A DNA stretch of 61,440 bases, counting the filler, from Basidiobolus ranarum (taxonomy: Eukaryota), in the NCBI GenBank assembly GCA_040143965.1. It is 6 parts of 6 records of this genome, joined end to end, with 100 filler letters (N's around TTAATTAATTAA, not from the genome) between each part and the next. Parts side by side here need not be neighbours in the genome. Positions count along the whole stretch, not along the records: positions 30,808 to 40,955 come from JASJQH010000733.1; positions 41,056 to 51,202 come from JASJQH010000734.1; positions 51,303 to 61,440 come from JASJQH010000735.1; 3 more parts are not named here. The stretch is one strand, 5' to 3'. The number at the start of each line of letters is the position of its first letter. The stretch's first letter is position 1. The position numbers and the translations under genes were made by a program. The notes under the pieces were generated by a model that was given only the letters and a program-made list of their open reading frames with translations, was not told the DNA's origin and did not search any database. Below are positions 39,401 through 51,733 of this stretch, in pieces.

Positions 39401-40955
39401 AGTATCTGAATCACACAGTGCTTCTTACTATATTCAGCAACGTTATGGCAGTTATCATTCAGTCAAGGCTTCAGTTGAATTACATTTTAATATAATGTAT
39501 ACCTGTAAATCACATAATCATGATTACTATACATAAACTTTCTCGCCAACCTAAACCAGTTTTGACGGTTGACTGTTTGATATGAACTTCCAATATAAAG
39601 ATCACCTGTTTCTTGCAATCGACGGGTTACCGTGAGTCCTTGAAATTTCACATCTTGATATTTGTTCATTAACAACACTGCTGATCATTCATTCACGTCA
39701 GATAGCGATTTTACTTGATTGGTGAGATTCGCAAGAAAGCGTGAGTGTCATCCATATAACATAAAGGTAGTTTCCACTATCAAGCCTATCCTTTTGTTTT
39801 GAAGACTATATATTTTGTATTGATTGAGATGTCTGTCAGTAAGACGTGATCTTACATTAATCAGTCAGATTTAAATTCAAACGATTTGAGCCTCGGCTCA
39901 AACACTCCAGCCTAATCTGCAGTACACACATATTTGGTTGAGCAAATCTTATTGGCTATCATTTACATTTGAAGCGAGTCGTAAACTAGCATTCTATATG
40001 CTACGATAAAACACAAGTAAGGCTCTAAGTGATTATGAATGCTCAAAAGCCAAGCCATCATGAGGATTCGACACATCAATTAATCACAGCAATTGGAGAC
40101 TTGGTTCTAATCATTACAGGAGAGTAATAGTAGCAGTCATTGGATGCTACAATACGCCATAGCTGGTATTTTTGCATTGTCAGGAATCGGATATAACGGT
40201 GGCTCAGTTGTGATGGGATTTCTTTTTTTATTTCCCATGATCTTGATGAGCATATCATACGCTACTTATATTTACTAGTGACCAAAGTGAACCTGTTACT
40301 GTTGCAACTGTGATTCAGGTCATCAAACAGTAGGCATTCTGAACTTACTTTTGTATCAGATTTGCTGGCTAATGTTGATACTGAAAATATTTGCGAGATT
40401 GACTGGATATGATTAATATCTATAAGTCGTGCATAACTACAAAGAATAGCGGTAACATATGAAAACCTATAGATTAGTTAGTGAAGGAAAGAAGCAGGAA
40501 CAAAATAGTTGTGGCAATGATTCGAGTCCCAATTTCTCTATCTACCTACAGATATCCAATAATAATATATCTTCATTTACTCCACAATACTACGAAGCTG
40601 TGATACATTACTGTCGTCAACTCTCCCAAGTTACCGGACTTCTACATTGGATATTTTATATGCATATATACCACTGTTTGGCGCACCCAAAGCCTGTTGA
40701 GTCTTTATTAGGTTAAGAACGGGACAGGACCAAGATGAATTATTTATGAATCAAAGAAGATCAATCACTGGCGGCAATGATGTGCTTGATGGGAGCTAGA
40801 TGTCCATAACTGATATGATGATGGATACTTAGAAAGCAATTAATCAATTTTGATCTCATATAAGAACAATTCTGATAACTAGCCAAATCTTTCATGGTCT
40901 TGATCATATACCCGAGTTCTTCAGTAATATAGTATCCCCTTTAAACTCAATCAAC

Positions 40956-41055
40956 NNNNNNNNNNNNNNNNNNNNNNNNNNNNNNNNNNNNNNNNNNNNT
41001 TAATTAATTAANNNNNNNNNNNNNNNNNNNNNNNNNNNNNNNNNNNNNNNNNNNN
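40956..41055. other. Artificial contig linker
   Basis: N44-TTAATTAATTAA-N44. Confidence 0.99.
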
Positions 41056-41907
41056 AAACAAAATCCCCAAAAAAGTTTAAGTAAGTACCTGCACGACGAT
41101 AAATTACTCCATGATGTTCACCAAGAACCCAATCTAAAAGACAAGCGATTGGGTAGGCTATAATCCACTAAAAGCAAGGGCATGTTAGTTAAAGCATCGT
41201 AAAGAAGTTGGTAAGTGAAACCTATTTAACTATACCATAATCCAGATAAGAATACGAACAGGCCTACGGTGAAAAACAAGTTCAATTAGTTTTGAGACGG
41301 GATCAGCAATTTATGTCATTCAGAAAATTACCATGCAAAGAAAGCTCCTACTCTTAGCCCATGACGTGAACACACTGACTGAGGTATAATTTCACCGAAC
41401 AACACAATTAATCCAGTGGATACAAGAATAGCAGTAAAGCCGCCTCCGCCGAACAAGGAGTCGAACAAGATTGGGAGAGTTTCATTCACCAAGGTATTAG
41501 TTAATAACAGAGTAACCAATAACAGATGTCCATTTTCACGGATAGGTTGGATTCTTGCTGCGTACTTCTTTTGTTTTTCGTCACCAGAGGTGGCAAGGAT
41601 GTGCAGATTGGTTTGGTCCAGTGACATCAAGCCAAGAGTTAACCCTAAAAAAACGTTAACAAACAGTATACAAAACAGGACAACTATACAAACAAGACAT
41701 ACCAGCAACCAAACCTCCAAATAAAACGAGGAATATTGCCCCACTAAGATAAAGCCAAAACATCGGGCCTCTTCCAGGTTCCAACTCATGTTCTTCGGCT
41801 ATTTGGAAAGAAGCGGAATGAGGTGCTGCCCATACTGCAGCAATAGCTCTGGTTATCAGGATAACTAATCCCGATCCTTTTAACAATGGTAACCGCTGTA
41901 TGCTCAT
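41056..41907 (-). CDS. MAM3: CNNM/DUF21-CBS metal transporter (Mam3-like), 5' part
   Basis: LVLFGGLVAG|LTLGLMSLD...HLLLVTLLLTNTLVNETLPI...VLFGEIIPQSVCSRHGL...YPIACLLDWVLG. Truncated by the contig edge. Confidence 0.92.
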
Positions 41908-42532
41908 TTAAGATTGTGTATAACACAGGAAAGCTTACAAACGGACTAAAAATATCTGAAGGTGTGGTCTCGATTCCCCTTCACCTTATTGACCTATCGT
42001 CGAAAAATCATGACATCAAAATTCCCGAACAATCAAACCGATTACGTTCGATATGGAGATACAAAATTTCTCTCTGAGGTAATCAGTTAAATATGGCCAA
42101 TTTGTGACCCAGTGCGATAATAAATTCAAATCCACAGTTTAAATCATCCAGAGTCAGGACTGATCATTCACCAGATTGGATTGTATCTCAGCTATTCTAC
42201 TAAATATAATCAGGTTGATGAAGGAACCATCTGAAAATATCCAAATTAGATTACCTGAATCGAGAAAAACTATGGAGTGTTGAGCCTCAAACGACTGCGA
42301 CATTTGGATGGTGGAACAATTGAGAGTGAATGATTTCCTAATCTAAATGAAAGGAGAAACTAGTCAGAATCCAGGATACTGCTTAAATGTACTGAAAAAA
42401 AGGAACATGATCAATCAGATTTGCGTGTGACATGCAGAGCCGGTTATATTAGTTCACAGTCTAAAGAGAAAGTAGATTAGTCTATTATGTCATAGAAGTA
42501 ATACACTATCTTGCAATTGAATACAGTATAGA

Positions 42533-43762
42533 ATGATATCTCCAACACACAAGCGTTTACGTATCAATCATATTTTACACAAAGTTCAAGTGCAGAATGA
42601 GGGAAACTCGGTAAACCTACCAAGGAAAACTTTTTCAGGAAAGACCTTATCGCCAACCAAAAAGCCTAGTGGTGAGTTTACTTGTTTCCCGGGAAGATAA
42701 TATTAATCGTTGCTTTGGTTGCAAAACAACTTGTAATGAAAATGATTTAACTCCTGTATTTTGAAGGGAATGCACTAGCAAGGAGTATAGTTTTTGACGA
42801 TGCTTTATCCGCGATCTCTCATGTTCTCCATGTAAGGAACACAAAAGGGCACTTCAAAAATAGTCCTGAGATCCCTCGAGTTATAATGTTACACCAATTG
42901 TATAGTATAGTAGTCAACCCCACCTCCATTGATAAAGAAATAGTAAGTTCCTCTAATATCTGGAATTCACTTTGGAAATGGTAGGTGATTTAACATGTCG
43001 AATTTATCTTCTAGGTTCACTTGTGCCAGGAAGGAAAGCTTCGCAAATTGAAAATAGGGGATTTTCAAGATGAGTACGGTTTGATGCTAATGGAAGATTA
43101 CATCAAGGAGATAGAAGTAGTTAAAGAACAGTTGACAGCTTCTTTAAAATCAATAGAATTCCTAGGTAAGAACTTGAAAGGATTTTCTCTTTCTAGCGCT
43201 GTTCGTGAATTAACGGCCTTCCTTTTCTTTAGATAAGTTTCAAAACATGATCTTTACTGTAAAATGTATGGATGTGACAATTACCAGGGCTGGATTAAGC
43301 AATTACATGGAAGCCAGTGAAGAGGATATAACGTTAGTTCGCAATATTCGGATATATTTGGTTAATGAAGGCATATTCTAACATATCTTTAGAAAACTCA
43401 TTTCCATGGGATTTCTGACAATCGCTAATGCGCATACGTTTCATTTTTGTGTGAGGAATGCTGGATCATTTATATCGAATTTCGTCAAAGGACGTAGGGA
43501 GATTATGCGCACCTTAAAAAGGAGAAAATACAAAGAGTTGCTGGAGAAGCAGTTAGAGGCTAGAAAGATATTGGGTTCAGATTTTAGTGTGAAATTTCAT
43601 CTGTTGGATTTGATCGGTAGTGGCCGCTGTGAAAGGTATTTGAATATTTAACTACTGACCAGAGTTCGTCATGCTCAATTCAATCTTGTCTACTTTTTTA
43701 GTATTCCTACCACATCTGGCGAACTCATTAAATTAACCAAGAAAGGCCTCGATGAGACATGA
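42533..43762 (+). CDS. STK19: STK19-family tandem winged-helix protein, multi-exon
   Basis: Spliced blocks IPRVIMLHQLYSIV...IDKEI|VHLCQEGKLRKLKIG...YGLMLMEDY and GSFISNFVKGRREIMRTLKRRKYKEL...FHLLDLIGSG...IPTTSGELIKL parallel recalled STK19 motifs. Confidence 0.85.
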
Positions 43763-45230
43763 TCTCGAGGATGGATTACATTCTCGACCATCGTGTAAGG
43801 GTACAATAAATTGCAAAACCTTTCTTTCACCAACAAAATCAGTATGCACATCACTACAATTAGGCATTTCAGCCAGCTAGCAAAATAACTTACAGACCTG
43901 CTGATCTACTCCCAATCACAAATAACCGTGTTGGATGTACCATATCAAGATTACGAGAGTGTGAGTTCAACTGTCTATATGGGTGGCTGGGCTAATGAAT
44001 GTAATTGAAGGCCGAGAAAACAAGTTTGAATACTTTCCTTGTTGGCCTGTATTTCTTCTTGGGAATGTTCGATGATCCATCTAACCTTAAATGCATATTA
44101 ACCTAAGATCGAACTAGAACCCGTTCTATCGGATCAATTGTCCACATAATTAGCGACAACTTTGAACCCGAATGGTTGTATTGAGGGTATCTGGTTGATC
44201 CGAGCCTAAAACATACTTCAATGTAGCTAGAAGATACAGAAAGAGATTCCTTTTGTTGTAGGTTTGTGAATATGTAACTTAATGGACTAGAGAATCCTAG
44301 TATATTCGACATGAAATTAGTGAAACGATTAAAAGTAGAATCGGGCTGATGTGTATTGGCAAGTAGCAGTTAATTTTATAGATTCCTGAATACTACCAAA
44401 ATTCTGGAATTGACTTATTCCATAGCACAGTGAAGGGCTTGAAGCGGCGCTCCTGTTAATTGAACTGAAGTTGTGGCTATATAATAAACACACCGTGGTA
44501 ATTGAACCTCTCAGGAATCAGTACTCAATTGAAGAATATCCCGTCTACTTTAACAGGGCTAGATTTGAGGAGGTATCTGAGAGAAAACCACCTATTTACT
44601 TCAAAGTTGATACATTTTATCAACATGAGTTGTTGAGATGCAAATAAATCTACACTTTTGGAGCTCTTGCTAATAGGATGAAATGCATACACTACAATGG
44701 AGCATAACACGTGGCTTCAAATATAAAAGTCACATTAAACTGTCATTAAGTGTTGTGAGTCACGTAAAGTTAGAGAAAGACAGTTTGATATTCCACCTGC
44801 AGATTATTTGAAATCCTTATCTAATAATATATATCGGCTGTTATTTTTCTAGAATTGAAGTGATATACTGGGCAAACGAACGCACTATATATCTCGAATA
44901 TACAATTATATATTCTTTTAGATGAGCAGGGATATAGGTTTGCACTTAAAGAGTCAAAAGGAAATATCTAGTAATTTCTTAATGGCTTTTTGCCTGATTC
45001 TAGAAGCAGAGACTATGCTCTGCAAGTAACCTTAAACGTTTATGAATATTTTGACGCCTTGACTTTATTCTTAAATATTGCTTTCAAATATCTCAGAAAA
45101 TCCATTCATACCATGTGTTTGAATAGAAGGCGTTACTAATTCATAGACTCTAGCAGGGCCTGGTCCAGTCAAGTTTGAACACAAAATTGAACAACTGGCA
45201 AACATCCATACCAAGGCTAAGAATGATCCA

Positions 45231-46357
45231 TTACTTGGCATTTGGTTTTATGAAAATCTCTCTTGAAGAGAACTTGCGACTTGGTGGAGGAATCTGAAAT
45301 GATGGGCACAGGTTGGCCACGGGACACAGGCCACAGTTAGGAGACTTTGTTCCACATAGAATCTGACCGAAGCCCACAAGCATAGGGTTAACTTCAGCCC
45401 ATAGGTGTTTCGGTAACCAATCTTCAAGATCCTATGTTTATGAAATTAGTCGTGTTCCATAATAATTGGCAAAATAGCAGTGCATACCTGTTGTGTCCGA
45501 GTTGTAGAAGTTGTATTGGCCCAGCCCAGCCTGTTTGCAATCCTATGGACATGAATATCCACTCCAATACCGGAATTTCTACATGAGGAGGTAAGTAATG
45601 CTATTTCTTTCATGGGCAAAATTTGATATGCAACAACCTTTTCCAGGCGCATTGAAGTGTCAGGTAAGCCTGTTGGGAAGTGTGATGTTAGAAATCATAG
45701 GAATTCGGGGCTATTTCACAGTCGATTACCATTTTCGGCCCAACACCTGGTAACTTCATCAATTCGCCGATGTTTTTTGGGATATCGCCACCATAATCTT
45801 GGAGGCAAATCTGGGCAGTTGCTTTTATAAATCTGCAATAATTTGAGTAAGCATAGGAAAACTAATCGTGAAATAGTCATTGTGAAAGCAAAAAGAGTCA
45901 CCAACCTAGTTTTTGTTCTGTGAAATCCTACTTTGGCGATGCAGCGATCAAGTACCTCGCTCTTCATCGATACAAGTCTTTGAGCACTGATAGTACCTAA
46001 TGTGTGGAGGTTTTTCATGGCTTCTGCTGTAACTTCATCTCTGGTTCTTGATGACAACATGAGTGCAACAAGCGTTTGAAAGCGAAATATCTGAAAGAGA
46101 GCTTAGTAAGCTGCCATGTATATACTCTAATTTCGAGGTACCTCAGGTTCAGCATGCTGGTCAGCCAACTTGTCACAACACATAATATCGACAGGCGCTA
46201 TGTGATTCCTTCTCCATTCACGGAGTTCTTCGTACACAATCTTCCAATTCTTCGGTGTAATTTCTTTAATCGTTGGTATGTCACTCTCTGCCTTCAAATT
46301 GCTCGCAGGTGCCGTGCGCTTGTTCTTATTCCTGGATTCTGTTACTTCAATTCCCAT
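45231..46357 (-). CDS. NTH1: Endonuclease III-like DNA glycosylase/AP lyase with 4Fe-4S motif (start codon uncertain)
   Basis: [27 protein letters not shown], Hh[26 protein letters not shown], and C-x6-C-x2-C-x5-C ([17 protein letters not shown]). Confidence 0.94.
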
Positions 46358-47379
46358 TTCCCAATTCCTGGAGAAACTCACTTTCTAAGAGGGTCGATCA
46401 TTAAATAGGTGGTTTCTGAGATTTCTTTTAGCTATATATATTCACAAGACAATATACACCCGTCATCTTTGATGCCATATTATGAAGTTGTCTTAAATAT
46501 GGATCAACGATATCAAGTCGTTTATTCGTGTGATTTCTAACGGTATTCCTTTTGGGAGTGTGACAGTCTGTCAATGGAAGCCAAACATAGAATTTGTCCG
46601 GGTTTTGATGAAATCCTCAGCTCGGTAGATTGGTGACATACCAAAGCACGTGACAGAGTTAAAGTTATAATTCCACTGGATGTATCCTTTTCGAGAACCA
46701 CAGTCCAGTTGGTCTCGAATGAACGAACGAGTCAGTATTACTTTTGAACATAGCCCTACCATAGAGTGTAACGACCAAGACAACTCAACTCAGTGCACGA
46801 ATTTCTTACATACACGTGTGCAATTACATTGCGCCTGCAAAGATTCCAGAAGGCATATGGCCTATCAAGGAATACCAGTGGTTTAATCATCCAACCAATT
46901 CAGTCCAAGACTTCAAACTCCTGATTACTGTACGAAATCCTTTTCTCCAAGGCTTCCAACATGTGTGGCTTAGATGCACTTGGATTAATTGCTCTTACGT
47001 CCAATGATGGCAAAATTGATATATTGGAGTGTTTGTAGTAACAATCTAATGGTCAGCTCAGTTGTTTTTCTGGAGGCAGTAGAGTATCTAAATGTTTAAT
47101 GTTAATCAACTGATTCAGACATCTTTTTAACTTTTTATTGAAGATTTCCAATCAAGTGTAGAGATCCATGTTCTGAATCCAAGCATTTAAATGGCCACAG
47201 AGTCAATGTTGTTAGACTAGTTTAATCAAATCAGTACTTAGTCAAACCATATTGATCAATTGAACAGAACGAAATATGCGGGTGAACCGAGGATCGGGAA
47301 CTTCGATTAGTATATGGAAGGTGTTTTCTTGTTTATCTGTTTATATAAGTCAGCATAAAATAGAGACTAAGTCACCTAG

Positions 47380-48321
47380 AAGAAACAAAGAGCCCTCTGC
47401 TTTAACCCAAGGATACCTTGTCACATAAAACTTAGCGTCTTAGTTTGCTTGGACCTATGTGCTTGTGTGGACCATTGATGAAGTTTGGAATAATCGCGGA
47501 GATTATACTCAAATCTGTAAGAAAGTCGGTCGGACTTTGACACTTGTGCAAACTGGTGCTATTCTAGAGGTAACTTTTAAATCTTCTTTCGTTTCAAACC
47601 TTTCGACTCATTTTTATTATAGATTTTGCATTCTGTTATGGGTACGGTGAGTTGTGTTTAAGGTCGGCGAAGAGTATCACTGATGAATTTTAATTGAAGG
47701 AATTGTCCGATCCCCAGTTTTGACTACCATCATTCAAGTATTTTCTAGAGTTATGCTTGTTTGGGGTATCCTTTTCATGTTCTCTATTACTGAGGTATTG
47801 TGATGATAAAATAGAATCTTGACGTCAGGCTTAGAAGTAAATTTTCAATCTGATATTAGATTCGTGAACGTTGGGCCTTTACAAGTATGACCGTTGCTTG
47901 GTGTGTAACCGAGTCTATTCGCTATCTGTACTATGCTTTAAATCTTCTAAAGATTCATTCTAGTCAGATACTATGGGCACGTTACGTCTGTCTTACAGGA
48001 AAAACGAGATCTCTGTTAGTCAATCAACTTATTATTTTATAGATACACGTTCTTTTATGCTCTCTATCCTCTCGGAGCTACTAGTGAAGCCATACTGATA
48101 TACAAATCTCTAGATGCTGCCAAAGTATACGGCGTCTACTATTACTATTATCTCGTCTTCCTGTTGTTCATGTACCCACCCGGTAAACTCCGAGCAACAA
48201 ATTTAAGAAATAGTTCTCAGACTAACAGCGTATTATTTTCTTAGTGTTCCTGCATATGTATACACACATGATTATCCAAAGAAAGAGATATCTCACTCCA
48301 AAGGGTAGGAAAACGGAATAG
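47380..48321 (+). pseudogene. PHS1: Very-long-chain 3-hydroxyacyl-CoA dehydratase pseudogene
   Basis: Clear Phs1 motifs (VQTGAILE|ILHS, QVFSRV, AWCVTESIRY, YPLGATSE, MYTHMIIQRK). In-frame TAA at 47426 and TAG at 47441, and a TT instead of GT donor at 47982. Confidence 0.85.
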
Positions 48322-49103
48322 AGAACTTAGATCTTGTAGAGAGCTTTGGTAGACGATTGGTGCCATTTGAGAAATTCTCAAGGGCATGACCAACCAAGCG
48401 TATTCAGATTAGATTCTATTGCCAAACTTTGTGGACAAGTAGATCTATTCGAATCATCCCTAAATATTGAAATAAATGAAATGCAATGTTTTGGTTAACA
48501 ACCGCCTGTTGGCGGATGAATATAAATCACTTGGCTTGCATCCAGCTCTTATTGTTTAAACCAGAATGCACTATTCGAGTTCGGCGTTCAAAGGTTGCGA
48601 AATATGAACAGACAAAACACATCTCCATTGTTTAGCCGAAACCTCGAAATTGGTGAATGGGACTATTGAGTTGATTATAGGCTCGGGTCATCCACGTTGG
48701 ACAATCAGATGTTTCGTGGCCAATGTTGGTTATTCCTATTAAGAGCCCAAGAAATTGTAAGCTTACGCTTTGTCTAACTTAGTTATGTCATAATGAAAAA
48801 CATTAATTTGTGTGACAATACTAATTGCTTTCGTATGGCATCCTATAGGAATGGCGGCTGATTCATTTCTATTGTCCATACATAATAAATTCGAATCACT
48901 CATAACATGATCTCTTTTTTCAGTTTCTTGTCAAATCCCACTCTTCCGGCTCTTGCAACTCTTCACATTTGATATCTTCTGTATGTTGTAGCTAACCAAC
49001 CAATTTGCCAGTATCCCTAACCTTCAACTTAAGCCCCTAACTAATAATACGTAAACTCTCCCAACCTTTAACCTCCTTTCATATAACCACATACCGTCGA
49101 AAA

Positions 49104-51093
49104 ATGGGTATTCGCTTACGCCACTGGAGGAGAAAATCTCACCACTATACTAAGTATGTATTTCGTTGTATATGTCTTCCAAGTAGTAGAAAATTAGTAT
49201 CTTTCTCTTCAATGGTCAGGCATTTGTAATGTGCTTCTTGAAATGCTCTGAATTCTCCAAGTGTTGAGGAAGACGGCTTTTCAATCAGTTATCTTTGCAT
49301 ATTGTCAGTTTAAATTCGATACCTGTGATATGGCATTTCATCAGCTGAACCCCAATTTTAATTGGCTTGAAATTAGATCTAATTATTCAATGTACCGTTA
49401 TATCCTAATCTAGATTAAGTTTTATGGAGTTGGATTGTAAAACTCCTATTGAGCGCACTTAACTTTCGTGCTTAGCATCATTGTATTGACCATGTAGCAG
49501 TCACCTGTATTGTTTAAGATATTAGCCCGCCTTTGTGTTTACTTCTGCTGTTGTGTTTCTGTTAAGGCAAAATCCATTCGTACTCACACACTCTTGCATC
49601 TAGATCAACTCCGTTTGACAGCAATTTATATCGCATCGCTAATCGTGCTCATGATTACTTCTCCAGAGCTCTCTATAAGGATGCAGTCAACGAATACACC
49701 AAAGCACTAGCGCAGACGGCCCCAAATTACGCAATCGTAGAATCTGAGCTTGCCGAGTTTGTCGCATTGTTGTTAGCAAGCCGCTCGTCTTCTTATTGCA
49801 AATTGGAGCAGTATGATCTGGCTTTAAAGGATGCCATCGCAGCTACTCAGTTAAAGCCTGATTGGTGTAAGGTTAGCCAATTCAGAGCTCTTTCTTAATG
49901 GCATAAAACAAATACTAAATATTTTTGACCAGGGCTATCTACGAGCAGCGGAGGCACTTGCCGGCAAACAACAATATGCTGAGGCCATCGCTTACTATGA
50001 TAGGGCCGCGGATTACGTAAGAAATCTTGGACGACGATGCCCAACTTATATCCTTTAATTGATTAGTAATTTGATAGGATGCTGGAAACATTGAGATTCG
50101 GATCGGAAAAGCGAGGACGAAGATCATGAAAGAAGAAAACGATAAAGGTAGAAAGTCTTTATGTTTATGCCGTTGAAGATCTTAGCTAATAGCAATGTAA
50201 CGTGCTCTTAGGCTTCATTTCAATCCAACTTCTAGCTGGTCGTGACATTGCAAATACATCTTCTTACAATCCTATTCAAAATAAGATATTCGAGTATGCT
50301 ACTGAAATGCGCAATTTCATCTACATCATTGCGGACAAAGAGACTCGGGAGTGTGTTGTGATTGACGCTGTAAGTAAACATCATTCCAATCAATATACTT
50401 CTTAGTATTAACATTCAAACTAGTGCTGGGATGCTACTGGGATCATGAACATTATCGAGAAACACAAATTTAAGTTGGTTGGAGCTGTAGTTACACATTA
50501 TCACTTCGATCACGTTGGTGGTAAGTAGCTTTCCGTCTCTTTTACCGTTGAGGGATTAATCAAAAATCGACATCCTGCTAATAATAAACTCATTAGGGTA
50601 TCCTCCACCTCCATTTGATCAACTTCCCATTCGAGTCTCAGGACTAGCCACTATTCTCAAGCGGTGGCCACATGTCAAGGCCTACATCCATCATGCAGAC
50701 ATAAAATACCTTCGGGAATCAAATCCTGGGGTTGAGATCGAAAAGATTATTCCTACATGTCATAACTATACCCTCAAATTGGGCAAGAAAACCGCCCTCA
50801 CATTTCTTCACACACCAGGACACACACCAGGTAGTCAATGTATATATACTAATGATAGTCGACTTTACTCTGGAGATACATTGTTCTTGGGGCATTGCGG
50901 AAGGTTGGATTTACCTGGTGGCTGCAAACATGATATGTATGATACGCTACAAAGCGTGTTGCGTCAGCTTCCAGACGATACTGTAGTCTATCCAGGCCAT
51001 AACTATGGAGGGGCTTGGACAACCATCGGTCAAGAAAAGTGGTACGGAATGCTCAAAGAGATTTCCAGAGAAAAATTTGAGGAGTCACGGTAA
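49104..51093 (+). CDS. TPR-repeat / metallo-beta-lactamase (glyoxalase II-like) fusion protein, 7 exons
   Basis: TPR exons (YKDAVNEYTKAL...SRSSSYCKLEQYDLALKDA...KPDWCK|GYLRAAEAL) splice in frame to an MBL with THYHFDH, HTPGHTPG, SGDTLF and YPGHNY. The first exon (49104-49153) is less certain. Confidence 0.88.
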
Positions 51094-51202
51094 ACCAGCT
51101 GTATGGTGGTTTATGTGTCGCAAATCTAATAAGGGTTTTCTGTATAATGTAATCACTTCTGTTTGTATGTTTTGTTTTTCATCCTTTCCTTGCTTTAATA
51201 TA

Positions 51203-51302
51203 NNNNNNNNNNNNNNNNNNNNNNNNNNNNNNNNNNNNNNNNNNNNTTAATTAATTAANNNNNNNNNNNNNNNNNNNNNNNNNNNNNNNNNNNNNNNNNN
51301 NN
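51203..51302. other. Artificial contig linker
   Basis: N44-TTAATTAATTAA-N44. Confidence 0.99.
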
Positions 51303-51733
51303 CAGTATACGGGAGTGGATTGAAAGATCAAACTCGCGTTAATGAGGTTATGTGATGAAGATAACTACCATGAATCTACACGAACCCACATTTCCATGTC
51401 TCACAATGTTTCCTGAGCAAACATAATTCTATTACTTGTCACTTTGAAGAGCTCATACCATGTACTTGTATCCTTCATTGTGTTGAATTTACTCCTGTTT
51501 CGGGGATTCGGGGATTCGGGAATTTAATCATTTGATTAAGTTTTGTTCAAATGAGCTCTTGCATGCAACTGGATATCCTATTTAATGTCGATGCCCCTAC
51601 TCTCAACCCATAGAAGTTTCTGTTCATTGTTTCTTCCAACTCCTAAGCATCACTTTTATATTGAACAGAGCTTGGAGACTTTCCCTTCATCGCATTATTC
51701 ACTCTCCATTTCCCTAGAGGAGTCTCTTTAAGA

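Noticed and set aside
44100-44260. VLGSDQPDTLNT (minus strand) resembling a TPR_10/12 repeat
   Set aside because: Single short match flanked by stops.
47426-47443. TAA/TAG reassignment (alternative genetic code) in PHS1
   Set aside because: Other genes here end normally in TAA and TAG, and the same gene also has a broken splice donor.
10183-51302. Regularly spaced TTAATTAATTAA palindromes as a biological repeat or CRISPR-like array
   Set aside because: Always embedded in N-runs and exactly 100 nt in total; an assembly linker.
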